This document shows positions 18,920 to 27,031 of a stretch of 27,174 nucleotides of DNA, piece after piece (position 1 is the first letter of the stretch; each line of letters starts with the position of its first letter). The translations under genes and the position numbers were made by a program. The notes below the pieces were generated by a model. That model did not search any database. It was not told the DNA's origin and was given only the letters and a program-made list of their open reading frames with translations. The DNA lies in contig CAMWOD010000001.1 in assembly GCA_947175715.1 (NCBI GenBank), positions 1 through 27,174 of the forward strand, in the 5' to 3' direction. The stretch is from an uncultured Porphyromonadaceae bacterium (GTDB lineage Bacteria > Bacteroidota > Bacteroidia > Bacteroidales > Muribaculaceae).

Positions 18920-18963
18920 ATCGACGGCCACTACGTTGCTTATGCGCGGTAGTGGCCGTCGAT
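18920..18963. terminator. Hairpin between convergent genes, probable bidirectional terminator
   Basis: Perfect 15-bp arms atcgacggccactac / gtagtggccgtcgat with a 14-nt loop, between the methylase and recA stops. No strong U-tract. Confidence 0.7.
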
Positions 18964-18984
18964 GTATATAGTGATGACAGACTA

Positions 18985-20142
18985 TTATTCTTCGTCGAGG
19001 TCGATGTCGTCGGTATCGATGTCGCCAAACTCATCGTCGGGAAGCTCCACAGAGGTTTTTTCGCTCTTATCGGCTTTCTTTGTCGAGGTAGTACCCCCCT
19101 TCTTCGGCTCACGGTTGCGCAGGGCGTCGGTAATCAGTGCCTCAAGCTCCTCTGCAAGTTCGGGATTATCGGAAATTACGCGCTTGGCGGCGTCGCGTCC
19201 CTGGGCAAGCTTACTGCCGTTGTAGCTGAACCATGAGCCTGATTTCTGTATAATGCCGTACTCTACACCCAGGTCGATGATTTCACCCGACTTGGAGATG
19301 CCTTCGCCGAACATGATGTCGAATTCGCACTTCTTGAATGGAGGTGCCACCTTGTTTTTCACCACTTTCACCTTGGTAAGGCGTCCTAAGATGTCGTCGC
19401 CATCCTTGATCTGCGAGCTGGGGCGGATGTCGATGCGCACCGATGCGTAGAATTTCAATGCGTTTCCACCAGTGGTGGTCTCGGCGGGGCCAAACATCGA
19501 GCCGATGTTGGCACGCAGCTGATTGATGAATATGCAGCAGGTGTTGGTACGGGCTATCGTGGCTGTGAGTTTGCGCAGTGCCTGCGACATCAGGCGTGCC
19601 TGCAGACCTACCTGGCGGTCGCCCATGGTGCCTTCAAGCTCGTTCTTGGGGGTGAGGGCGGCTACTGAGTCAACTACGATTATGTCGATTGCTGACGAGC
19701 GGATGAGCTGTTCGGCTATTTCGAGCGCCTGCTCACCATTGTCGGGCTGTGCCATAAGCAGGTTGTCGACGTCGACACCGAGCTTGGCGGCATAGAAGCG
19801 GTCGAAAGCATGCTCGGCATCGATGATGGCGGCTATGCCTCCAGCTTTCTGAGCCTCAGCTATGGCGTGGATGGCGAGAGTGGTCTTTCCCGACGATTCG
19901 GGGCCGAATATCTCGATGACGCGTCCGCGGGGAAATCCGCCCACGCCCAGGGCATAGTTCAGACCTATTGAGCCGGTGGGAATCACCTCTACATCCTCTA
20001 CGTTGTCGTCGCCGAGTTTCATGATGGCGCCGCGGCCATAGTCTTTCTCAATCTTGGCCATTGCTGCCGAGAGGGCTTCGAGGCGGGCTTTCTTGGGGTC
20101 GACCTCTGCGCCTTTCTTTATGCTTTTCTTGGGTTTTTCCAT
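18985..20142 (-). CDS. recA: Recombinase A
   Basis: '[10 protein letters not shown]', 'IDAEHAFD', 'VDSVAALTP', '[10 protein letters not shown]', '[14 protein letters not shown]', '[11 protein letters not shown]'. Confidence 0.99.
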   Translation of the reverse strand: MEKPKKSIKKGAEVDPKKARLEALSAAMAKIEKDYGRGAIMKLGDDNVEDVEVIPTGSIGLNYALGVGGFPRGRVIEIFGPESSGKTTLAIHAIAEAQKAGGIAAIIDAEHAFDRFYAAKLGVDVDNLLMAQPDNGEQALEIAEQLIRSSAIDIIVVDSVAALTPKNELEGTMGDRQVGLQARLMSQALRKLTATIARTNTCCIFINQLRANIGSMFGPAETTTGGNALKFYASVRIDIRPSSQIKDGDDILGRLTKVKVVKNKVAPPFKKCEFDIMFGEGISKSGEIIDLGVEYGIIQKSGSWFSYNGSKLAQGRDAAKRVISDNPELAEELEALITDALRNREPKKGGTTSTKKADKSEKTSVELPDDEFGDIDTDDIDLDEE

Positions 20143-20179
20143 TTTTATATGTTTTTGAGTTTATATTTCTAATCTGATG

Positions 20180-20187
20180 CAAAGATA
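20180..20187 (-). promoter_or_regulatory. Bacteroidetes -7 element (TATCTTTG) for recA
   Basis: TAnnTTTG match 37 nt upstream of the recA ATG. Confidence 0.65.
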
Positions 20188-20227
20188 TTGCCTGGTGTGT
20201 GCAATACTGCTGCACACTGCAATAAAA

Positions 20228-21289
20228 CTATGTTAAAAACGGCATCAGCTTGGCGGTAACGCTTGATGGTGGGATTCCGCTAAGACATAGGTAATCACCG
20301 CGGTAGCAGGGCTTGTTGCCGAATGTTGAGCATGGACGGCATGGCATGGGGAGCTGCAGTGTGAGGTCTTCTTTCTGGCGCCAACCTTTGAATCCGCAGT
20401 AGGGATGGGTAGCGCCCCATATGCTCACCACGGGCACATTGACAAGCGATGCCAGGTGCATGTTGGCCGAGTCCATTGTGAGCATCACGTCGAGGTGACT
20501 CATCAGCTCCATTTCGCGGGCGAATCCCCATCTTTTCTCGGCCAACGATATGGTATTGGGGTATTTTTCGGCCCATTGGCGCAATGTGGCCTGCTCCTTG
20601 TCGCCACCACCGAATAGGAATATCCTCACGTGGCCAAGTTCGGATATTTCTTTCACAACCTGCTCCATCAGCGGCAGCGGGTATATCTTCCCTTTGTGCT
20701 TGGCGAATGGGGCGATACCGAGCCACTTCTCTCCATCTTGTTTGGGAGATGTGATCTCGGCTATGTTGTCGAAGGGTGCGCGCCCATCCTTGCCGTAGAC
20801 GCCTTCGAATTTCTCGGTCATCGGAAATCCGGCGCGGAAGAACGCTTCGCGGTATCTTGCCCTCGACGACAGTAGTGGCAGCATCACCTTATTGTTGCGG
20901 CGGGTGAGGGCGCGTTTACCACGTCTACCCTTATTGATGCGCGACACCTTGATGCCACGCAAGCGGCACAGGGCGCTTAATATATATGTTCGTAGCACAG
21001 CGTGCAGATCGACGTAAGTGTCGAAGTAGTATTGGTCGCGCAATTCCTTGAGGAGTCGGTTCATACCCCCCACTCCTTTATAGTCGGTCTTTACATCGGC
21101 ACCGATTACCACGAGGTTTTCCGGGGGATTTACGAATATTGGAGTCATCGACGGGCGTGTGACCATGTAGAACATGTCGTGCGGCTGGGTGCGGCATACG
21201 CTGTAGAGTACGGGCACTGTCATGGCCACGTCGCCTATGGCCGAAAATCGAGTCACGAGCACTCGGTGTCCTTTGCGTTCTTTATTCAC
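20228..21289 (-). CDS. Glycosyltransferase family 9 (heptosyltransferase-like)
   Basis: 'RFSAIGDVAM', 'YVDLHAVLRT', 'GIAPFA', 'MDSANMHLAS', 'VVSIWGATHP'. GTG start. Confidence 0.92.
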   Translation of the reverse strand: MNKERKGHRVLVTRFSAIGDVAMTVPVLYSVCRTQPHDMFYMVTRPSMTPIFVNPPENLVVIGADVKTDYKGVGGMNRLLKELRDQYYFDTYVDLHAVLRTYILSALCRLRGIKVSRINKGRRGKRALTRRNNKVMLPLLSSRARYREAFFRAGFPMTEKFEGVYGKDGRAPFDNIAEITSPKQDGEKWLGIAPFAKHKGKIYPLPLMEQVVKEISELGHVRIFLFGGGDKEQATLRQWAEKYPNTISLAEKRWGFAREMELMSHLDVMLTMDSANMHLASLVNVPVVSIWGATHPYCGFKGWRQKEDLTLQLPMPCRPCSTFGNKPCYRGDYLCLSGIPPSSVTAKLMPFLT

Positions 21290-21322
21290 TGAGATGGCTT
21301 GTGTGGCTTAAGGCTGCGGTTA

Positions 21323-21937
21323 CTATTTCTGCTGTGACGATGCGTAGAGCACGGGATTGGTCTCGGGGTCGTTGTACATCTTCATCTGGCGGTACACTTT
21401 CATGTATTTGCGCCCTGCTGCGATGTCGTCGAGCAGTGTGTCGATGGCTTCGGTGAGGTCCTTACGCTGTTCGAGCAGCACATCGAGTTTGGCCTGGCAT
21501 TTGGCCTTGTGCGCTTCTGAAGCATCGTTGCGTGCCACTTCGGCCTGCATGTGGTATATCTTGAGTGCGAGTATCGACAGGCGGTCGAGAGCCCATGCGG
21601 GGCTTTCGGTGTTGATGGTGGCGGTGGGTAGGGGCTTTACATCGCGATATAGGTCGCGGAAGTATGAGTCGAGTTCTTCCACCATGTCGGTGCGGTGCTG
21701 GTTGGAGGCATCGATGCGGCGTTTGAGTGCGAGTGCGGCCACGGGGTCGATCTCGGGGTCGCGTATTATATCCTCAAGGTGCCACTGCACGGCGTCAATC
21801 CAGTTTTTGGCGTGGAGTGTGTGCTCTATCGAGCCGGGTGTATAGGGGTTGGGCTCGGGGGCGTCAACGTGGTCGGTAACGTGATAGGCGGCTGTCGACT
21901 GATCGAAAATCTCGTTGCTCTTTTGCGCGAATTTCAT
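21323..21937 (-). CDS. DUF4254 domain-containing protein
   Basis: 'KNWIDAVQWHLEDIIRDP', 'NTESPAWALDRLSILALKIYHM', 'KVYRQMKMYND'. Adjacent to GT9, as I recall for Bacteroidetes. Confidence 0.88.
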   Translation of the reverse strand: MKFAQKSNEIFDQSTAAYHVTDHVDAPEPNPYTPGSIEHTLHAKNWIDAVQWHLEDIIRDPEIDPVAALALKRRIDASNQHRTDMVEELDSYFRDLYRDVKPLPTATINTESPAWALDRLSILALKIYHMQAEVARNDASEAHKAKCQAKLDVLLEQRKDLTEAIDTLLDDIAAGRKYMKVYRQMKMYNDPETNPVLYASSQQK

Positions 21938-21971
21938 ATAGCGTGTATGTTTTTATTGAATTTTCCAAATA

Positions 21972-21979
21972 CAAATATA
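21972..21979 (-). promoter_or_regulatory. Bacteroidetes -7 element (TATATTTG) for DUF4254-GT9
   Basis: TAnnTTTG match upstream of ATG 21937. Confidence 0.6.
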
Positions 21980-22032
21980 GTCGTTTTATCGTTAACTCAA
22001 CTTATTTGAGCCGATTTTCTGCAGGACTATTG

Positions 22033-22068
22033 AAAAAAACGAGCCCCTGTGCTTGCGACACAGGGGCT
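22033..22068 (-). terminator. Rho-independent terminator
   Basis: 10-bp stem agcccctgtg/cacaggggct, 7-nt loop, then a T7 tract on the minus strand, 23 nt after the stop at 22092. Confidence 0.9.
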
Positions 22069-22091
22069 GGGTATTGTGTGAGTGAGTGTGA

Positions 22092-24161
22092 TTATTTCAC
22101 GATCACCTTGGTCACGTTGTTGCCCTGACGACGGATGTAGAGACCGTTGGCGGGATTCTCAACGCGTACGCCCTGGAGGTTGTAGTATTCAACGGGAGCG
22201 TTGTTTTCGTCAACTGCCACGTCGGCTACACCACCGTGGAGACCGCCTTCATACTTCACTTGGATGTAAGAGTAGCGGATCTGCTTGGCTGAGGTGAGTA
22301 CGAGGGGCTCTTTGGTGCTACCCTTCCAGGTGATGGGGGTGTCGGCCGATGTGCCTTCGCCGGTTACGGTGCCCACATTGGCTGTGAAGGCGCCCTTAGA
22401 GTAAGCTACGGTCTGAACGAATACCTCGGTGATGGTAGCGTCGTTGGCGGGAGTGATGGTAGCAACCTCACCCTGATACCAGCGTACCTGGTTGCCGAAT
22501 GCTGCTGCGTAGTATTCGCCTGAGCCGTGTGAGTAGCTGAGTGTGATGTCCTTGTCGGTGAAGTTGAGGCCAACGAGCGACTGACCCTGCGACTTAGAGT
22601 CGGCTGATGTGTCGCTGCCATCGGCATTGAGGAGCTTAACGCCTGCGAATGAGAGTTCGGCGTTGGGTGCGAGGAAGAATGCACCTGTTTCGTCAACGAT
22701 AGGATCGGGGGTCTCGCCCATAGAGATGATGGGGAGGAGCTGGAGGTTGCCTGAGTGGATGGCTACGAAGCCCTGGAACTTGTCGTATTTGCCTTCGCCA
22801 AGCGATACGCCAAACTGGTTGAAGATTGTCATCTCGAGTGTGCCGTCGCTCATGGTGAAGCTCTTAGCGTCGCCGGGGATGGCGGTGAGGGTAACGCCGG
22901 TTACTTCGATATAGGCTGAGAGGATGTCGGCTGATACCTCTTCGAGCTGATACTGCTCGGGATCAACGGCTGCGCCGGCGGTGGGGTCGCCAAATGTTGA
23001 AGCATCAACCGAGCTCATCTGGAGCTGGCCGTTAGAGTAGTTCTGGAATGTACCGGTTACGCCAGCGGGGATTACGTCGCCGTTTTTGTAAGTCTTGTTG
23101 ATGCGGCCGTAGATGAGCAGAGGGTTCTTGCCGTCGGTCACATACAGGTAGCTGCCATTCTGATATACGGCGGTGAGGGGGCAAGTGAACTTGCAGGGGG
23201 TGGTGAGCTGCTTCTGGAGGAACTCGGCAACCGATGCTACCTCGGTCACTTCGGCGGGAGGTGTAGCTGCCTGGTCGCTCAGGTAGAGCTGGGGCATGTC
23301 GCCGGTAGCGTCGGCATACGAGCCGAATGAGGTGTACTGGGTAGAGTACTGGATGTACTTGCCCATGGCCACGTTGGTGATCTTGAATGTACCGTCGCCA
23401 TTGGCTACGATAGTCCATACGTCACCGTCGGTGCGGCTTGCCGAGAAGTTGAAGCTGTTGTATGTGCCGCTCTGATAGAGGTAGCGGTTGAGGTTGTCCT
23501 GGATGGTGTAGCCACCGTCAACGGCTGTGATGGTGAAGCCATAAGTGTCAGCGCCTGAGAAGGCGTTGTTGGCTATTGTGGCGTTGTCTACGTAGAGGTA
23601 GCCGTAGGTCTTGTCTGATCCCTGGGGCTTAGCTACGTTGGTGCCTGATACGAAGGCGTATTTCTTGCCCGAGGTGATTGTAGAGGCAAGGGTGTAGGTG
23701 GTTGAGCCTGTTGTGCCGCCACCGCCGCCACCTGCGCCGTCGAGCGAGTAGGCTGTGGGAGCCTTAACGCCTGCTACACCGAAGTATTTGGTGAGCTGGC
23801 CGGTGATTGTGAGCTCTTTGAGGTAGTTGCCGGGGTTGTCGCCGAGGTTTACAGCGGCGCGGAGGTCGGTCTTCGACACGAGCTGCACGGGGATGCACTG
23901 GTTGTAGTCTTTGCAATCCTTTGAGTCGGCGATGAGCACGTTGGAGTAGGTGCCGGGATTTGCGCTAAACTGGGCAGATGAGAGAGCTGCGCCATTGCAA
24001 CCACCCACGATATAGCCCTTTACGGTAGCTGAGGCAACGTCGACGTTGGGACCCATGGCGATGACCTCGGCACAGGTATAGGGGTCGGCCTCGGTGCCGG
24101 TTCCTGCGTATGCGCCCATGATCGAGCCCATGCACAGCATTGAGAGTAATAGTTTTTTCAT
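22092..24161 (-). CDS. Secreted multidomain protein: DUF6359-like N-terminus, beta-rich and OB-like modules, T9SS-like C-terminal sorting domain
   Basis: Signal peptide 'MKKLLLSMLCMGSIMGAYA'; 'DPYTCAEVI..VKGYIVG..NVLIAD..CIPVQL..VNL.DNPGN..GQLTKYFGVAGVK'; Gly linker; tail 'VEYYNLQGVRVENPANGLYIRRQGNNVTKVIVK'. Start ATG 24161. Confidence 0.8.
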   Translation of the reverse strand: MKKLLLSMLCMGSIMGAYAGTGTEADPYTCAEVIAMGPNVDVASATVKGYIVGGCNGAALSSAQFSANPGTYSNVLIADSKDCKDYNQCIPVQLVSKTDLRAAVNLGDNPGNYLKELTITGQLTKYFGVAGVKAPTAYSLDGAGGGGGGTTGSTTYTLASTITSGKKYAFVSGTNVAKPQGSDKTYGYLYVDNATIANNAFSGADTYGFTITAVDGGYTIQDNLNRYLYQSGTYNSFNFSASRTDGDVWTIVANGDGTFKITNVAMGKYIQYSTQYTSFGSYADATGDMPQLYLSDQAATPPAEVTEVASVAEFLQKQLTTPCKFTCPLTAVYQNGSYLYVTDGKNPLLIYGRINKTYKNGDVIPAGVTGTFQNYSNGQLQMSSVDASTFGDPTAGAAVDPEQYQLEEVSADILSAYIEVTGVTLTAIPGDAKSFTMSDGTLEMTIFNQFGVSLGEGKYDKFQGFVAIHSGNLQLLPIISMGETPDPIVDETGAFFLAPNAELSFAGVKLLNADGSDTSADSKSQGQSLVGLNFTDKDITLSYSHGSGEYYAAAFGNQVRWYQGEVATITPANDATITEVFVQTVAYSKGAFTANVGTVTGEGTSADTPITWKGSTKEPLVLTSAKQIRYSYIQVKYEGGLHGGVADVAVDENNAPVEYYNLQGVRVENPANGLYIRRQGNNVTKVIVK

Positions 24162-24207
24162 AAAAAACAAAGATTGGTTTTTGATAAATATGATTTATGA
24201 TTGTTGT

Positions 24208-25254
24208 TTACCTTGTTTTCTTGAGGAAAATCTCGGTGGGGAAGTGGTCGGAGTAACCGTTGAGGAACATTCCGGCCGAGAATGTACGCAGCGGTGAGCC
24301 TAAACGTGTACCGGCCTTGTCCTTAAGGAAGTCCTTGTTGAGCACCTCACATTTCCAGTATTGGAGTGCGCCTTCGGGGGCGTTGGCGAGATTGCCCGAG
24401 ATGATTATCTGGTCGAAGAGGTTCCACGAGCCTTTGTAGGCGAGTGTGCCGATACCCTTGGCGAGCAACTTCCACCAGGGATTGTAAAAGCCATGTTCGC
24501 CAGCGTCTTTAGCCTCCTTGACTGCGCCGAGCGATTTGCAGCATGACTTGTCCCAAGGGTCGTCGTTGAGGTCGCCCATCACGATAACGCCGATATTGGG
24601 GTCGGCCTGCCACAGCGAGTCGGCGATGGCCTTGGAGAGTTCGCCGGCGGCTTCACGCAGGTAGGAGCTGCGCTCCTGGCCACCAAGGCGCGAGGGCCAG
24701 TGGTTAACGATCACGGCGATACGGTCGCCACCGAGTCGACCTACCACACACATCTGATCGCGGGTGCGGAATGATTCGTACCCTTCGATGCGCAGGCGGT
24801 GGTTGGTGACGTTTTCGAGAGTGAAGTAGCGGGGATTGTAGAGCAGGCCCACGTCAACGCCGCGACGGTCGGGCGAGTCGTGATGGCATATCTGCAGGTC
24901 CCATTTTGCTATCTGCGGGTCTTTCACCAGGTCTTCGAGCACCGAGCGGTTTTCAATCTCGCTCACGCCTATGATTGCCGGGCCGTTGGGGGTGGTTGAG
25001 GTGGTCATCGACGCGATGGCGCGTGCCATGTTGTGGATTTTAGACCAGTATTTGCGGCCATCCCACTGGCGGGCACCCTGAGGCGAAAATTCGAGGTCGT
25101 ATTTGCCGTTGTTGTTGATGGTGTCGAATAGGTTTTCGAGGTTGTAAAATGCCACGCCGTAGACTTTGTATTGCTTAGAGTCATTTTTCTGGGCGCTGAC
25201 AGTGATGGCTATGAGGGCTGTCAATAATAGAGGTAGTAAGAATAAACGCTTCAT
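24208..25254 (-). CDS. Secreted endonuclease/exonuclease/phosphatase (EEP) family protein
   Basis: Signal peptide; 'AFYNLENLFDT', 'GVSEIEN', 'RRGVDVGLLY', 'NHWPSR', 'MGDLNDDP', 'FDQIIIS', 'GYSDHFP'. Confidence 0.93.
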   Translation of the reverse strand: MKRLFLLPLLLTALIAITVSAQKNDSKQYKVYGVAFYNLENLFDTINNNGKYDLEFSPQGARQWDGRKYWSKIHNMARAIASMTTSTTPNGPAIIGVSEIENRSVLEDLVKDPQIAKWDLQICHHDSPDRRGVDVGLLYNPRYFTLENVTNHRLRIEGYESFRTRDQMCVVGRLGGDRIAVIVNHWPSRLGGQERSSYLREAAGELSKAIADSLWQADPNIGVIVMGDLNDDPWDKSCCKSLGAVKEAKDAGEHGFYNPWWKLLAKGIGTLAYKGSWNLFDQIIISGNLANAPEGALQYWKCEVLNKDFLKDKAGTRLGSPLRTFSAGMFLNGYSDHFPTEIFLKKTR

Positions 25255-25377
25255 TATGTTGAAGTTATGGAGTGGTATTGACGTTTGAGGTTTTACTGCA
25301 TTTTTGCACGGTAAAGGTAAGGATTTTTAAAACAACATCCCCCTTTTTTAACATATATTTTTGTTTCTACGCCTCAT

Positions 25378-25481
25378 CGACCTCGGAGAGGTCGGAATAG
25401 TTGATAGCCCCTGGTGGAAGCGGCGAAGCCGACGTAACCTGGGGAGGCGGATAACACCATATAATTCAGCCTCGGAGAGGC
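25378..25481 (+). repeat. Structured REP-like unit 1 (X)
   Basis: cgacctc-GGA-gaggtcg hairpin; cccctggt...acctgggg stem enclosing cggc-GAA-gccg; gcctc-GGA-gaggc hairpin. Confidence 0.85.
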
Positions 25482-25546
25482 GGCTTAATTGTGTTGATGA
25501 AGTTTTGGCAGATTGGAGCGATGCGTAGCATCAGCGACAATGCGCG

Positions 25547-25685
25547 GCGTAGCCGCCGGTCTCTGTTACAACCATGACATCGTACCTCCGGCACTCAGCG
25601 GAGCTTACGGGCATGGCCTCCCCGCGTTCGGGCTTACGCCCATCACACGGGGTTCGGTACGATATCGCCGCTCCGCGGCTCAGCT
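25547..25685 (-). repeat. Structured REP-like unit 2 (Y); direct repeat of 27032-27170
   Basis: 139 bp with 8 mismatches to 27032-27170 by hand alignment. On the minus strand: gccgc-GGA-gcggc, a CCCC..GGGG hairpin, gtgcc-GGA-ggtac. Confidence 0.95.
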
Positions 25686-25689
25686 GTCG

Positions 25690-25734
25690 TCAGATTGGTC
25701 TGATAATCCTAATTACTCCGATTACTCCGATTTG
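25690..25734. repeat. Tandem nonamer array, 5 degenerate units
   Basis: tcagattgg tctgataat cctaattac tccgattac tccgatttg. Confidence 0.8.
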
Positions 25735-25863
25735 AGCCGCGGCGCGGCGATATTGTTCTGAACCCCACATGAAGCGAAGCGAGTGTGGGGAATCCAAACC
25801 AAAAAGAATTCTGAGTGCCGGAGGCATGATGTCGTGGTGGCAGGCAAAGACCGGCAGCTACGC
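25732..25863 (+). repeat. Structured REP-like unit 3 (Y'), diverged inverted copy of unit 2
   Basis: tgagccgcggcgcggcgatattg..gaacccc..tgtgggg..ctgagtgccggaggcatgatgtcgtgg..agaccggcagctacgc aligns with the reverse complement of 25547-25685. Confidence 0.9.
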
Positions 25864-25908
25864 AGCGCATATCCTGCGGCATTCATTCTCTCCCCCCTCC
25901 TTCATTCA

Positions 25909-26018
25909 CCATGACATCGCCTCTCCGAGGCTCAATATTATGGTAGGACGTCCTTTCCCCAGGTTTCGGTCTACGACATGCACCTGGGGCTACCTATAAT
26001 TGCGGCCTCACCGAGGCC
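25909..26018 (-). repeat. Structured REP-like unit 4 (X'), diverged inverted copy of unit 1
   Basis: gcctc-tcc-gaggc (25919-25931), perfect ccccaggt/acctgggg stem (25957-25988), ggcctc-acc-gaggcc (26004-26018). Reverse complement shares 'tagcccc.ggtg', 'aacctgggga', 'agcctcggagaggcg' with unit 1. Confidence 0.88.
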
Positions 26019-26037
26019 ACCCTCCACCTCATCACCC

Positions 26038-26072
26038 CAATTGCTCATTACTAATTGCTCATTCCTAATTCC
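26038..26072. repeat. Second heptamer array, 5 units, T[AC]ATT[ACG]C
   Basis: caattgc tcattac taattgc tcattcc taattcc; same unit and strand as 368-416. Confidence 0.9.
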
Positions 26073-26094
26073 CCACCAACCTATGCGTCGTCGG

Positions 26095-26952
26095 TTATTC
26101 TTTATCAGGAGCTTTGGGAGCAGGGTATTGGTGTCGATATACGTAATCTTTGAAAGCTTTATTATTGAAATCCCTTATTTCCTCAAATTGGCGAGCTATA
26201 TCTATAAGTTCGCGTGCCTGCAAGGGTCTGTTCCCCATGGTAAGGGCGAGCTTATAAACGACTAATTTCTGTCTGAGCGCAAGATCGGACTCATTTAGCT
26301 CAGGTGAGATCTGACCCGCATAGCTGTCCAACAACTCGATAATTGCGCTTGTAGAATATCCATGATATATGCAATTGCAAATAACGGTATGTGGGTCGAT
26401 GGGACGTCTGTAGCCTCCTTCATCTTCCGGCTCATATGGCGTTACGGGTGGCGAATAAGGCGCTGGCGAGACATAGCGATTATCAACACGAATTTGTATG
26501 TACCCATTTAATGTAGGTTTTAACGCAGGGTCATTTAACTTGCCATAGCCATTTGTGTCGCTGTATGTGAATGAAAATTTGAGTGGTTCCAATTCGGCAT
26601 AATCCAGTTGTGAGTCTTCCAGTGCGCAGTCTGTTATCCACAAGGGAGACGGCTCACAGTAAATGTTTATGTTCAGCAAGCCGTTTTCAGCGGAAGTTTT
26701 GAATCGTGAGCAGCCAATAGATGTGAAAAGCAGCTGTTCATCACCTTGAGCCGTAACACCCTTAATTGTAATCCCCCCAGGCTCGATTCCTGTCGATCCA
26801 ACCCTGAGTAAGGAATAGTCACGGCTTGCGTTTATACAGTAATGATATGTATCCAAATAAAGCTTAATCTCATAGGCATGCGCAAATGAGCAAGACATGA
26901 GCGCAGAAACGGCCATCACAGCGCTTATTATAACCCGGAGTATTGTTTTCAT
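26095..26952 (-). CDS. Hypothetical exported protein (no family recognised)
   Basis: 285-aa ORF with N-terminal signal (SPI 'AHA|Y' or lipobox-like 'LMSC'), own upstream -7 element, AT-rich (23/60 GC at 26521-26580). Confidence 0.8.
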   Translation of the reverse strand: MKTILRVIISAVMAVSALMSCSFAHAYEIKLYLDTYHYCINASRDYSLLRVGSTGIEPGGITIKGVTAQGDEQLLFTSIGCSRFKTSAENGLLNINIYCEPSPLWITDCALEDSQLDYAELEPLKFSFTYSDTNGYGKLNDPALKPTLNGYIQIRVDNRYVSPAPYSPPVTPYEPEDEGGYRRPIDPHTVICNCIYHGYSTSAIIELLDSYAGQISPELNESDLALRQKLVVYKLALTMGNRPLQARELIDIARQFEEIRDFNNKAFKDYVYRHQYPAPKAPDKE

Positions 26953-26986
26953 ATCATTGAATTATCGTCAGAAGTTGTTACAGTGG

Positions 26987-26994
26987 CAAATATA
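26987..26994 (-). promoter_or_regulatory. Bacteroidetes -7 element (TATATTTG) for the 285-aa orphan
   Basis: TAnnTTTG match 34 nt upstream of ATG 26952. Confidence 0.6.
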
Positions 26995-27031
26995 ACAAAA
27001 TTATTGGAGAATGCTTGATAAAAAGAGGGCT

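Noticed and set aside
25881-25910. Polypyrimidine tract between units Y' and X'
   Set aside because: It is short, occurs once and has no clear partner; insufficient support for a triplex or other function.
25513-26265. Small ORFs 25513-25761, 25769-25999 and 25978-26265
   Set aside because: They run through the hairpin and tandem repeats or antisense to the orphan gene; GC-rich repeats give chance open frames, and no protein motifs are present.
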